Of a stretch of 32,000 bases of DNA, positions 1 to 9,180 are shown piece after piece (position 1 is the first letter of the stretch; every line of letters begins with the position of its first letter). The notes beneath the pieces are model-generated. The model saw only the letters and a program-made list of their open reading frames with translations. It searched no databases and was not told the DNA's origin. The position numbers were made by a program, and so were the translations under genes. Source of the stretch: Sinorhizobium meliloti (GTDB lineage: Bacteria > Pseudomonadota > Alphaproteobacteria > Rhizobiales > Rhizobiaceae); NCBI RefSeq assembly GCF_017876815.1, contig NZ_JAGIOS010000001.1, positions 2,340,001 through 2,372,000 on the forward strand. The letters run 5' to 3'.

Positions 1-161
1 CGTCACCGATGAGGCTACGGCCGACTATCTGCTCCGGGTCTAGATCGCGCAGCCGGTCGCGGGACCGCGGCATCGACGCGCTTCTCCCGAAATCCCCGTA
101 AAAAATGCGAAGCTAAAACATCTTCTTAGCCGCTCCCGCGCATCGCGGCGACAAATGCGGA

Positions 162-197
162 TTGACATTTCAGCTCAATCGGTGAGTAATTGCTCAC
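162..197 (+). promoter_or_regulatory. Candidate sigma70-type promoter of the polyol operon with an overlapping operator-like inverted repeat
   Basis: TTGACA at 162-167, a 17-nt spacer, then AGTAAT at 185-190, about 45 nt upstream of the smoE ATG (237). The inverted repeat GTGAG-taattg-CTCAC (182-197) covers the -10. This is a hand-read motif match only. Confidence 0.35.
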
Positions 198-236
198 GAG
201 CAAGGCAAATGCTCAATTTCTTCTGGGAGGAAGTCG

Positions 237-1547
237 ATGAATTTGAGAACTTTCCTGCTGGGCACGTGCTCGGCAGTTGCTCTGGCGGGTCTGGCCCAAG
301 CGGAGACCCTGACCATTGCCACCGTGAACAACGGCGACATGATCCGGATGCAGAAGCTGACGGACGATTTCACGTCGAAAAATCCGGACATCCAGCTTGA
401 GTGGGTCACTCTCGAGGAAAACGTGCTACGCCAGCGCGTCACGACCGACATCGCGACCAAGGGCGGTCAGTACGACATCATGACGATCGGCACCTATGAG
501 GTGCCGATCTGGGCGAAGCAGGGCTGGCTCCTGCCGCTCGACGACCTCGGTCCCGAATACGACGTCGACGACCTTCTGCCGGCGATCCGCAGCGGCCTGA
601 CCATCGACGGCAAGCTCTATGCAGCACCGTTCTACGGCGAGAGCTCGATGGTCATGTACCGCAAGGACCTGTTCGAGAAGGCCGGGCTTACCATGCCCGA
701 TGCGCCGACCTGGGATTTCATCGCCGATGCGGCCCGCAAGATCACCGACAAGGGCAACGAGATCTACGGTATCTGCCTGCGCGGCAAGGCCGGCTGGGGC
801 GAGAACATGGCTTTCCTGACGGCCACCGCAAACGCCTTCGGCGCCCGCTGGTTCGACGAGAACTGGAAGCCGCAGTTCGATCAGCCGGAATGGAAGAACG
901 CACTCGACTTCTACGTCAAGCTGATGAATGACGCAGGCCCGCCCGGCGCCTCGTCCAACGGCTTCAACGAGAACCTGTCGCTGTTCCAGACCGGCAAGTG
1001 CGGCATGTGGATCGACGCGACCGTCGCCGCCTCCTTCGTGACCAATCCGAAGGAGTCGACCGTCGCCGACAAGGTCGGTTTCGCGCTCGCTCCAGACACC
1101 GGCCTCGGCAAGCGCGGCAACTGGCTCTGGGCCTGGAACCTCGCCATTCCGGCAGGATCGCAGAAGGCCGAGTCGGCGCAGAAGTTCATCGCCTGGGCGA
1201 CGGGCAAGGATTATCTGAAGCTCGTTGCCGAGAAGGAAGGCTGGGCGAACGTTCCTCCCGGTACCCGCACCTCGCTCTATGAGAATCCGGAGTACCAGAA
1301 GGCGGCGCCCTTCGCGAAGATGACCCTGGACTCGATCAATGCCGCCGACCCCAAGAACCCGGCGGTGAAGCCGGTGCCCTATGTCGGCGTCCAGTTCGTG
1401 GCGATCCCGGAATTCCAGGGCCTCGGCACGGCGGTCGGGCAGGTGTTCTCGGCGGCCCTGGCCGGTCAGATGAGCGTGGATCAGGCGCTTGCCAGCGCGC
1501 AGCAGCTGTCGACCCGCGAAATGACCAAGGCCGGCTACATCAAGTGA
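237..1547 (+). CDS. smoE: Sorbitol/mannitol ABC transporter periplasmic substrate-binding protein (family 1 SBP)
   Basis: 436-aa ORF with the signal peptide MNLRTFLLGTCSAVALAGLAQA and an SD GGGAGGAAG upstream. It is the first gene of a permease/permease/ATPase/sorbitol-DH/mannitol-DH cluster, the smoEFGK-smoS-mtlK arrangement known from Rhodobacter and Sinorhizobium. Confidence 0.9.
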   Translation: MNLRTFLLGTCSAVALAGLAQAETLTIATVNNGDMIRMQKLTDDFTSKNPDIQLEWVTLEENVLRQRVTTDIATKGGQYDIMTIGTYEVPIWAKQGWLLPLDDLGPEYDVDDLLPAIRSGLTIDGKLYAAPFYGESSMVMYRKDLFEKAGLTMPDAPTWDFIADAARKITDKGNEIYGICLRGKAGWGENMAFLTATANAFGARWFDENWKPQFDQPEWKNALDFYVKLMNDAGPPGASSNGFNENLSLFQTGKCGMWIDATVAASFVTNPKESTVADKVGFALAPDTGLGKRGNWLWAWNLAIPAGSQKAESAQKFIAWATGKDYLKLVAEKEGWANVPPGTRTSLYENPEYQKAAPFAKMTLDSINAADPKNPAVKPVPYVGVQFVAIPEFQGLGTAVGQVFSAALAGQMSVDQALASAQQLSTREMTKAGYIK

Positions 1548-1736
1548 GCTCCCAAGGAGCCGGAGCGTCTGCTGGAAACAGTGAACGCTCCGGCTACCTC
1601 CAGAGCGGGACGGGGAAAGGGGCAAACCCGCCTTCGATCCGCGTTCCGCTCTGACTTTTCCAATTCATGGCGCGCGTTCGGATGGCGATACGCTTGCCGT
1701 TTTGAAGAACCGCGTCGACTTCACACGGGGGACGCC

Positions 1737-2609
1737 ATGGCGACCTTGCACACCCGCTCCGCCGCGCGACTGATGATCGCGCCCTCGGTGCTCCTGCTCC
1801 TGGCCTGGATGATCGTGCCGCTGGCCATGACGATCTATTTCTCGCTGCTGCGCTACAACCTGCTGATGCCGGGAATGGAGGAGTTCGCGGGGCTTACGAA
1901 TTACACCTATTTCCTCACCGACCCGGCCTTCTTCCAGGCGATATTCAACACGCTCGCCATCGTTCTCGGCGTGCTCTTCATCACCGTGGTCGGCGGCATC
2001 GGGCTGGCGCTTCTTCTCGACCAGCCGATGTTCGGGCAGGGGATCGTGCGCATCCTGGTGATCGCGCCCTTCCTCATCATGCCGACTGTGGCGGCGCTGG
2101 TGTGGAAGAACATGTTCATGAATCCCGTGAACGGGCTTTTCGCCTGGCTTGCCAAGCTTCTCGGATTGCAGCCCTTCGATTTTCTTGCCAATGCGCCGCT
2201 TCTCTCGATCATTCTGATCGTCGCCTGGCAATGGCTGCCTTTCGCCACGCTCATCCTGCTGACGGCGCTGCAGTCGCTCGACGAGGAGCAGAAGGAAGCC
2301 GCACAGATGGACGGCGCAGGCGCGGTAAGCCGCTTCATCTATCTCGTCCTGCCGCATCTCTCACGGGCGATCACGGTGGTCATCCTGATCCAGACGATCT
2401 TCCTGCTGTCGGTCTTCGCCGAGATCCTCGTCACCACCAATGGCGGTCCGGGTACGCAGAGCACGAATCTCACATTCCTCGTCTACGCCCAAGCCCTTCT
2501 GCAGTTCGATGTGGGCGGCGCCTCGGCGGGCGGAATCATCGCGGTCATCCTCGCCAACATCGTCGCATTCTTCCTGATGCGCATGATCGGCAAGACGCTG
2601 GAGGCTTGA
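1737..2609 (+). CDS. smoF: Polyol ABC transporter permease (MalF/BPD_transp_1 type)
   Basis: In frame with ORF 1581..2609. I chose the ATG at 1737 (MATLHTRSAARLMIAPSVLLLLAW), which follows a GGGGGA SD. The protein has multiple TM segments and the EAA-loop motif EEQKEAAQMDGAGAVSRFIYLVLP. Confidence 0.88.
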   Translation: MATLHTRSAARLMIAPSVLLLLAWMIVPLAMTIYFSLLRYNLLMPGMEEFAGLTNYTYFLTDPAFFQAIFNTLAIVLGVLFITVVGGIGLALLLDQPMFGQGIVRILVIAPFLIMPTVAALVWKNMFMNPVNGLFAWLAKLLGLQPFDFLANAPLLSIILIVAWQWLPFATLILLTALQSLDEEQKEAAQMDGAGAVSRFIYLVLPHLSRAITVVILIQTIFLLSVFAEILVTTNGGPGTQSTNLTFLVYAQALLQFDVGGASAGGIIAVILANIVAFFLMRMIGKTLEA

Positions 2610-2614
2610 GACCC

Positions 2615-3445
2615 ATGGCACGCAACGTCTCTACCGGGCGCAAGCTCATCACGACCGTGGTGGCCTGGACGATCGGAATCCTGATCTTCTTTCCGATCCT
2701 CTGGACCTTCCTGACGAGCTTCAAGACGGAAGCCCAGGCGATCGCCTCTCCGCCGGTCTTCCTCTTCTTCGACTGGACCACCGAGAACTATTCCGAGGTG
2801 CAGAGCCGGTCGGATTACCTGAAGCACTTCATGAATTCGGTGGTCGTTTCCTTCGGCTCGACCCTGCTCGGCCTGTTGATCGCGATCCCGTCGGCCTGGG
2901 CGATGGCGTTCTCGCCGACGAAGCGCACCAAGGATGTGCTGATGTGGATGCTCTCCACCAAGATGATGCCGCCGGTCGGCGTGCTGGTGCCGATGTATCT
3001 GATATTCCGCAACTGGGGACTGCTCGACACGCGCACAGGGCTCGTGATCGTACTGACGCTGATCAACCTGCCGATCATCATCTGGATGCTCTACACCTAT
3101 TTCAAGGAAATCCCCGGCGAGATCCTCGAAGCGGCGCGCATGGACGGCGCCTCGCTCACCAAGGAGATCATCTATGTGCTGACGCCGATGGCGATCCCCG
3201 GCATCGCCTCGACGCTGCTGCTCAACATCATCCTTGCCTGGAACGAAGCGTTCTGGACCTTGAATCTGAGCGCCGCGAAAGCCGCGCCGCTCACCGCGTT
3301 CATCGCCTCATATTCGAGCCCGGAGGGTCTCTTCTACGCCAAGCTGTCTGCGGCCTCCACGATGGCGATCGCACCCATCCTCATTCTCGGCTGGTTCTCG
3401 CAAAAACAGCTCGTGCGCGGCCTCACTTTCGGCGCAGTCAAATAA
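2615..3445 (+). CDS. smoG: Polyol ABC transporter permease (MalG type)
   Basis: In frame with ORF 2102..3445. The ATG at 2615 (MARNVSTGRKLITTVVAWTIGILIFFPILW) lies 5 nt after the smoF stop. EAA loop: EAARMDGASLTKEIIYVLTPMAIPG. Confidence 0.88.
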   Translation: MARNVSTGRKLITTVVAWTIGILIFFPILWTFLTSFKTEAQAIASPPVFLFFDWTTENYSEVQSRSDYLKHFMNSVVVSFGSTLLGLLIAIPSAWAMAFSPTKRTKDVLMWMLSTKMMPPVGVLVPMYLIFRNWGLLDTRTGLVIVLTLINLPIIIWMLYTYFKEIPGEILEAARMDGASLTKEIIYVLTPMAIPGIASTLLLNIILAWNEAFWTLNLSAAKAAPLTAFIASYSSPEGLFYAKLSAASTMAIAPILILGWFSQKQLVRGLTFGAVK

Positions 3446-3475
3446 GGCCGACGCGGTTCAAATAAGGGTAAGACC

Positions 3476-4476
3476 ATGGGAAGCATCACTCTCAAGAACG
3501 TATCGAAGGTCTTCGGCGCCCACGCCGTCATCCCCTCGATAGACCTCGATATCACCGACGGCGAGTTTGTCGTCTTCGTCGGCCCCTCGGGCTGCGGCAA
3601 GTCCACGCTTCTGAGGCTGATCGCCGGACTGGAGGACGTCAGCGATGGCGAGATCGTCATCGACGGCCGGAACGCCACCGAGCTGCCGCCGGCAAGGCGC
3701 GGGCTTTCGATGGTGTTCCAGTCCTACGCGCTCTATCCGCATATGAGCGTGCGCTCCAACATCGCCTTTCCGCTGAAGATGGCGGGTGAGGACAAGGCCT
3801 CGATCGACAAGAAGGTCGAGGACGCGGCGCGCGTCCTGAACCTCACCGACTATCTCGACCGCAAGCCCCGCCAGCTTTCCGGCGGCCAGCGCCAGCGCGT
3901 CGCGATCGGCCGGGCGATCGTTCGCCAGCCGGAAGCCTTCCTTTTCGACGAGCCGCTGTCTAACCTCGACGCCGCGCTGCGGGTCAACATGCGACTGGAG
4001 ATCAGCCAGCTTCACCAGCAACTGAAGACGACGATGGTCTACGTGACGCACGACCAGGTGGAGGCCATGACCATGGCCGACAAGATCGTCGTGCTCAACC
4101 GCGGCGCATCGAGCAGGTGGGCTCGCCCCTCGACCTCTACCGCAGGCCGGACAATCTCTTCGTCGCCGGTTTCATCGGGTCGCCGAAGATGAATTTCGTC
4201 ACCGGTGCGCCGGCCGCGGCCCATCAGGCCCACACGATCGGCATCCGCCCGGAGCATATTGCCCTTTCGAAGGATCAGGGCACATGGCGGGGCACGGTGG
4301 GAGTGGCCGAGCATCTCGGCTCGGACACCTTCCTGCACGTGAACGCCGACGGCATCGGTACTTTGACGGCGCGCGTCGGCGGCGACTTCGCGGTGACCCA
4401 TGGCGATCAGGTCTACCTGACGCCCGATGCTGAGCGCCTCCACAGGTTCGATGAAAAGGGACTGGCAATTCGATGA
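3476..4476 (+). pseudogene. smoK: Polyol ABC transporter ATPase (MalK/UgpC type) interrupted by a 1-nt frameshift near 4106-4107
   Basis: ORF 3476..4192 carries Walker A (GPSGCGKST), the Q-loop, LSGGQRQRV, Walker B (FLFDEPLS) and the H-loop (VTHDQ), then reads nonsense ([12 protein letters not shown]...). The frame of ORF 4117..4476 reads [30 protein letters not shown]..., the canonical continuation. Its stop overlaps the smoS ATG (ATGA at 4473-4476). Confidence 0.85.
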
Positions 4477-5246
4477 AACGTCTTGAAGGAAAGAGCGCGC
4501 TGATCACCGGATCGGCGCGGGGTATCGGCCGCGCTTTTGCCGAAGCCTACGTCCGCGAGGGCGCCACGGTCGCCATCGCCGACATCGATATCGAGCGGGC
4601 GAGACAGGCGGCGGCGGAGATCGGGCCTGCGGCCTATGCGGTCCAAATGGATGTGACCCGGCAGGACTCCATCGACGCCGCGATCGCCGCGACTGTCGAA
4701 CATGCCGGCGGGCTAGACATCCTCGTCAACAATGCCGCGCTCTTCGACCTCGCGCCGATCGTCGAGATCACCCGCGAGAGCTACGAAAAACTGTTCGCGA
4801 TCAATGTCGCCGGCACGCTCTTCACGTTGCAGGCGGCCGCCAGGCAGATGATCGCGCAGGGCAGGGGCGGCAAGATCATCAACATGGCGAGCCAGGCGGG
4901 CAGGCGCGGGGAAGCTCTGGTGGCGATCTATTGCGCCACGAAGGCTGCAGTCATCAGCCTCACCCAGTCGGCCGGTCTCGATCTCATCAAGCACCGCATC
5001 AACGTCAACGCCATCGCTCCCGGCGTCGTCGACGGTGAGCACTGGGACGGCGTCGACGCGCTTTTCGCCAGATACGAGAACCGTCCGCGCGGCGAGAAGA
5101 AGCGTTTGGTGGGCGAGGCCGTTCCCTTCGGGCGCATGGGTACCGCAGAGGACCTGACCGGCATGGCGATCTTCCTCGCCTCGGCGGAAAGCGACTACAT
5201 CGTCTCGCAGACCTATAACGTCGATGGCGGCAACTGGATGAGCTGA
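4473..5246 (+). CDS. smoS: Sorbitol (L-iditol/D-glucitol) dehydrogenase, short-chain dehydrogenase/reductase
   Basis: 257 aa with the Rossmann motif [14 protein letters not shown], the catalytic S...YCATKAAV, and a C-terminal NVDGGNWMS. It sits between smoK and mtlK. Confidence 0.9.
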   Translation: MKRLEGKSALITGSARGIGRAFAEAYVREGATVAIADIDIERARQAAAEIGPAAYAVQMDVTRQDSIDAAIAATVEHAGGLDILVNNAALFDLAPIVEITRESYEKLFAINVAGTLFTLQAAARQMIAQGRGGKIINMASQAGRRGEALVAIYCATKAAVISLTQSAGLDLIKHRINVNAIAPGVVDGEHWDGVDALFARYENRPRGEKKRLVGEAVPFGRMGTAEDLTGMAIFLASAESDYIVSQTYNVDGGNWMS

Positions 5247-5272
5247 GGCTCGTTCGCGAAAGGATTGAAAGG

Positions 5273-6757
5273 ATGGCGACCAAATTCTCCCTTGCCACGC
5301 TCGACGCGGTCAAAGCCACGGCCGGCGTCCCGAACTACGGCCGGCATGACCTTCGGGCCGGCATCGTGCACTTCGGCGTCGGCAATTTCCACCGCGCGCA
5401 TCAGGCGGTCTATCTCGATGACCTTTTCAACCTGGGACGCGATCGCGATTGGGCGATCATCGGCGCGGGTGTCCTGCCATCGGACAAGGTCATGCGCGAC
5501 AAGCTCGAAGCGCAGGATTTCCTGACGACGGTGGTCGAGCAGGACAACAACCGCACGGGCGCGCATGTCACCGGCGCCATGATCGCCTACCTCGAGCCCG
5601 GCGACACGCCCGCGATCGTGGCGCAGCTCGCGAGCCCGCTCATCCGCATCGTCTCCCTGACGATCACCGAAGGCGGCTATTTCATCGATCCGGCATCCGG
5701 CGTCTTCGACCCGGCGCATCCGGCGATCGTCGAGGATGCGCGCGATCCGGCGGCTCCAAAAACCGTCTTCGGCCTCATCCTGGCAGGGCTCGCCGAACGC
5801 CGCGCCAAGGGTATTCCGCCGTTCACGATCATGTCCTGCGACAATATTCCTGGAAACGGGGAGGTCACCCACGCTGCCGTTTCCGGTCTGGCGCGCCTTT
5901 CCGATCCAGGCTTTGCGGACTGGATCGATGCCAATGTCGCCTTTCCGAACGGCATGGTCGATCGCATCACGCCGGCGACCGGTGCCCGCGAGATCGGCAT
6001 CGTCGCCTCGCAATACGGAATCGACGATGCCTGGCCGGTCTTTTGCGAGGAATTCAAGCAATGGGTGCTGGAAGACCGCTTCCCGCAAGGCCGCCCGGCG
6101 CTGGAAGAGGTGGGCGTTCAGTTCGTGCCCGACGTGGCGCCGTACGAGCACATGAAGATCCGTATCCTCAACGGCGGCCATGCGGCGATCGCCTATCCGG
6201 CGGCACTGCTCGACATCCATTTCGTTCATGAGGCGATGGAGGAGCCGTTGATCCGCGCCTTCCTGTCAAAGCTGGAGCACGACGAGATCATCCCGGTGAT
6301 ACCGCCCGTTCCGGACACGGATCTGAAGGATTATTACAAGCTCATCGAGACGCGTTTCTCCAATCCGAAGATCGGCGACACGGTCGCGCGGCTGGCGCAG
6401 GACGGCTCCAACCGACAGCCGAAATTCATCCTGCCGTCGACGGCCGACCGCCTGCGCCGCGGCGAAGACGTCGTCGGGTTGTCGCTCGTTTCGGCGCTGT
6501 GGTGCCGCTATTTCGCCGGCAAGTCGGACAGCGGCAAGGAGATCGTTTTCAACGACGCCAACGCCGACCGGCTGCATGCCGCCGCGGTTGCAGCGAAGGA
6601 CGATCCAATGGCGTTCCTTGCGCTTTCCGACATCTTCGGCGATGTCGCGCAATCCGATCTCTTCCGCCGCCGTTTCGCTCACGCGTTGAAAGTGCTTTGG
6701 GAAAAGGGTACGCGTGCCACGCTCCAGCTTTATCTGGACGGAAACCTCGGGGAATGA
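5273..6757 (+). CDS. mtlK: Mannitol 2-dehydrogenase (long-chain mannitol dehydrogenase family)
   Basis: 494 aa with the N-terminal dinucleotide fold GIVHFGVGNFHRAHQAVY, plus SLTITEGGY and DRITPAT motifs typical of the family. SD GAAAGG upstream. Confidence 0.9.
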   Translation: MATKFSLATLDAVKATAGVPNYGRHDLRAGIVHFGVGNFHRAHQAVYLDDLFNLGRDRDWAIIGAGVLPSDKVMRDKLEAQDFLTTVVEQDNNRTGAHVTGAMIAYLEPGDTPAIVAQLASPLIRIVSLTITEGGYFIDPASGVFDPAHPAIVEDARDPAAPKTVFGLILAGLAERRAKGIPPFTIMSCDNIPGNGEVTHAAVSGLARLSDPGFADWIDANVAFPNGMVDRITPATGAREIGIVASQYGIDDAWPVFCEEFKQWVLEDRFPQGRPALEEVGVQFVPDVAPYEHMKIRILNGGHAAIAYPAALLDIHFVHEAMEEPLIRAFLSKLEHDEIIPVIPPVPDTDLKDYYKLIETRFSNPKIGDTVARLAQDGSNRQPKFILPSTADRLRRGEDVVGLSLVSALWCRYFAGKSDSGKEIVFNDANADRLHAAAVAAKDDPMAFLALSDIFGDVAQSDLFRRRFAHALKVLWEKGTRATLQLYLDGNLGE

Positions 6758-7428
6758 CGATGGTGGGGCACGCCTCCAGGCTGGTGATTTTCGATTGTGA
6801 CGGCGTATTGGTGGACAGCGAACCGATTTCGCTCGGGGTCCTCGTCGACGCGCTCGCGGCTGCCGGCGTTTCGATGACGGCGGAGGAGGCGAGCGAGCGC
6901 TTCCTCGGCCGCAGCTTGAAGACCATGTCGACGATCCTGCACGAAGAACACGGACTTGCGACCGACGAGGTATTTCTCGAAGGCATGCGGACCCGGCTCT
7001 ATGCACGGTTTCGCGAGGAACTGAGGCCGATCGCCCGCATACGCGAGGCGGTGGAAGGCCTGGGCACCGCCCATTGCGTGGCTTCGTCGAGCCAGCCGGA
7101 GCGCATCCGCCTCTCGCTGACCGTGACGGGGCTCATCGATCTCTTCGAGCCGAACATCTTCAGCGCCAGCATGGTGGCGCGCGGCAAGCCGGCGCCCGAC
7201 CTTTTCCTGCATGCAAGCGCGGAGATGGGCTATCACCCGTCCGATTGCATCGTCATCGAGGACAGCCCGGCCGGCATCGAGGCGGCAAAGTCCGCCGGCA
7301 TGCGCGTCTTCGCCTTCGCGGGGGGCAGCCACGCACGAAACGACCGCCACCGGCGGACGCTCGCCAGCCTCGAACCCGACGTGCTGTTTGACGACATGGG
7401 CGAATTGATACAGTTTGTCCGGCAATAG
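6754..7428 (+). CDS. HAD-superfamily (subfamily IA, beta-phosphoglucomutase-like) phosphatase
   Basis: In frame with ORF 6499..7428. The ATG at 6754 overlaps the mtlK stop (ATGA); an alternative ATG is at 6760. Motif I is VIFDCDGVLVDSE; the late motif is IEDSPAGIEAAKSAGM. Confidence 0.85.
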   Translation: MTMVGHASRLVIFDCDGVLVDSEPISLGVLVDALAAAGVSMTAEEASERFLGRSLKTMSTILHEEHGLATDEVFLEGMRTRLYARFREELRPIARIREAVEGLGTAHCVASSSQPERIRLSLTVTGLIDLFEPNIFSASMVARGKPAPDLFLHASAEMGYHPSDCIVIEDSPAGIEAAKSAGMRVFAFAGGSHARNDRHRRTLASLEPDVLFDDMGELIQFVRQ

Positions 7429-7511
7429 GGAGAGCAGGACGGGGCGGTTTTGCGGCCGCGTCGTCCCGCTCGGCGAAAATCCATCATTTTTCGGGACGGG
7501 GGCATCCATTG

Positions 7512-9095
7512 ATGCGCAATTATGTCGTGGCGGTCGATATCGGAACCGGCAGCGCCCGCGCCGGCGTCTTCGATCGGCGAGGTAAGCTCCTGGCGCGGGC
7601 CGATCGGACGATTGCAATGAACCGTCCGGAGGAAAACCACGCCGAGCACGATTCAGAGGACATCTGGGCTGCGGTCTGCGGTGCCGTCAGATCGGCGCGC
7701 GAGAAGGCCGCTGTGCCGGCCGAGAGCATCGCGGCGATCGGCTTCGACGCCACCTGTTCGCTCGTCGTGCGCGATCGCGACGGCGCGCCGCTTTCGGTCA
7801 ACCGTCAGGGGGAGGCACGCTGGGACACCATCGTCTGGCTAGACCACCGGGCGTTGGCGGAAGCCGATTTCTGTACGGCGACCAAGCATCCCGTTCTCGA
7901 TCATTCCGGACGGGTGATGTCGCCCGAAATGGAAATGCCGAAGCTGATGTGGCTGAAGCGCAACCTTCCGCAGCAATGGGAACGGGCGGGGTATTTCTTC
8001 GACCTCGCGGACTACATGTCCTGGCGGTCGACCGGAAGTACGGCCCGCTCGCGCTGTACGCTGACGGCAAAATGGAACTATCTCGCCCACGAGAGACGCG
8101 GCTGGCAGCAGGATTACCTGGAGCAGATCGGTCTTGAGGACCTCCTCGAACGTGGTGGATTGCCCGAAGAGACGCTGCCGGTGGAGCGCGCCGTCGGTCG
8201 CCTGAGCGCGAGCGCGGCGGAGGAGCTCGGGCTCGACACCGGATGCCAGGTCGCGCCGGGGCTGATCGATGCCTATGCCGGGGCGCTCGGCGTGCTCGGC
8301 GGCTTCGCGGACGCGCCGGCGAAGCTGGAGCGCCAGCTGGCACTGATCGGCGGAACTTCGAGCTGCATCGTCGCCTTTTCCAAGGACATGAAGCCGGGTT
8401 TCGGCATGTGGGGGCCCTATTTCGAGGCGGTCTTGCCCGGGCTCTGGCTCATCGAAGGCGGTCAGTCGGCGACCGGAGCGCTGCTCGATCATATCGTGCG
8501 GCTGCACGGAGGCGGACTACCGCCGACGACCGAAACGCATGCGAAGATCATCGAGCGCGTGCAGGAAATGCGCGCGGTTCATGGCGCCGACTTTGCCCAG
8601 CGCCTTCACGTGCTCCCGGATTTCCACGGCAACCGGTCGCCGCTTGCCGATCCGCATGCACTCGGCGTCATCAGCGGGCTGCCGCTCGACTCCTCCTTCG
8701 ATGCGCTGTGCCGGCTCTATTGGCGGACCTGCGTCGCGATCGCGCTCGGGATTCGCCACATCCTCGAGATGATGAAAGAAGCGGGCTACGAACTCGACAC
8801 GCTGCACGTGACCGGCGGGCATGTGCGCAACCCCCTGCTGATGGAGCTTTATTGCGACGTCACCGGCTGCCGGGTCGTCGCACCCCAGGCGCCCGACGCC
8901 GTTCTCCTCGGCACGGCAATGACGGCGGCCGTCGCCGGCGAGCTCTATCCGGACCTTGCCAGCGCCGGACCGGCGATGTCGTCGGCTGGAACGGAACGGC
9001 TCCCCGACCCGGCGCTGCGCCGCATCTACGACCGGGATTATCGGCGCTTCCTCGCGCTCTATCGCCATCGCGAAGAACTGGAGGCGATGGAGTGA
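7512..9095 (+). CDS. FGGY-family carbohydrate (pentulose/ribulokinase-like) kinase
   Basis: 527 aa from the ATG at 7512 (the ORF track starts one codon earlier, at a TTG). N-terminal VAVDIGTGSARAGVFD, and C-terminal HVTGGHVRNPLLMELYCDVTG, typical of FGGY kinases. Confidence 0.88.
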   Translation: MRNYVVAVDIGTGSARAGVFDRRGKLLARADRTIAMNRPEENHAEHDSEDIWAAVCGAVRSAREKAAVPAESIAAIGFDATCSLVVRDRDGAPLSVNRQGEARWDTIVWLDHRALAEADFCTATKHPVLDHSGRVMSPEMEMPKLMWLKRNLPQQWERAGYFFDLADYMSWRSTGSTARSRCTLTAKWNYLAHERRGWQQDYLEQIGLEDLLERGGLPEETLPVERAVGRLSASAAEELGLDTGCQVAPGLIDAYAGALGVLGGFADAPAKLERQLALIGGTSSCIVAFSKDMKPGFGMWGPYFEAVLPGLWLIEGGQSATGALLDHIVRLHGGGLPPTTETHAKIIERVQEMRAVHGADFAQRLHVLPDFHGNRSPLADPHALGVISGLPLDSSFDALCRLYWRTCVAIALGIRHILEMMKEAGYELDTLHVTGGHVRNPLLMELYCDVTGCRVVAPQAPDAVLLGTAMTAAVAGELYPDLASAGPAMSSAGTERLPDPALRRIYDRDYRRFLALYRHREELEAME

Positions 9096-9149
9096 ACTGA
9101 GATGCGGGAAGGTGCAGATTTTCATCTGCAGATCTTGACGATTATCCGC

Positions 9150-9174
9150 GGAACCTTTTTTCGCCTCGTGCATT
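9150..9174 (+). promoter_or_regulatory. EcfG (RpoE2)-like promoter candidate, GGAAC-N16-CATT
   Basis: GGAAC at 9150-9154, a 16-nt spacer, then CATT at 9171-9174. That is one mismatch to the CGTT -10 seen at the two bona fide promoters in this window. No protein-coding ORF follows. Confidence 0.35.
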
Positions 9175-9180
9175 ATGGCG

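Noticed and set aside
1-73. The window edge has two possible readings: the 3' end of a + strand gene (...VTDEATADYLLRV*, stop at 41-43), or the 5' end of a divergent minus-strand gene (ATG at 73: MPRSRDRLRDLDPEQIVGRSLIGD...).
   Set aside because: Only 13-24 codons are visible. Both frames have high third-position GC and neither gives a recognisable motif, so I cannot support either call.
426-1625. A 399-aa ORF antisense to smoE, with similar long antisense or out-of-frame ORFs elsewhere (e.g. 1665..2357-, 5213..6229-, 5449..6231+, 6266..7006-, 6730..7617-, 7839..8507-, 8243..9100+, 8517..9386-, 15149..16219+, 15945..17039+, 17229..18191+, 20413..21117-, 22185..23054-, 26948..28132-, 29805..30935-, 30965..31843-).
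   Set aside because: Each is fully overlapped by a gene with clear family motifs on the other strand or in another frame. Their products are Arg/Gly/Ala/Pro-rich low-complexity strings typical of stop-codon-poor frames in high-GC DNA.
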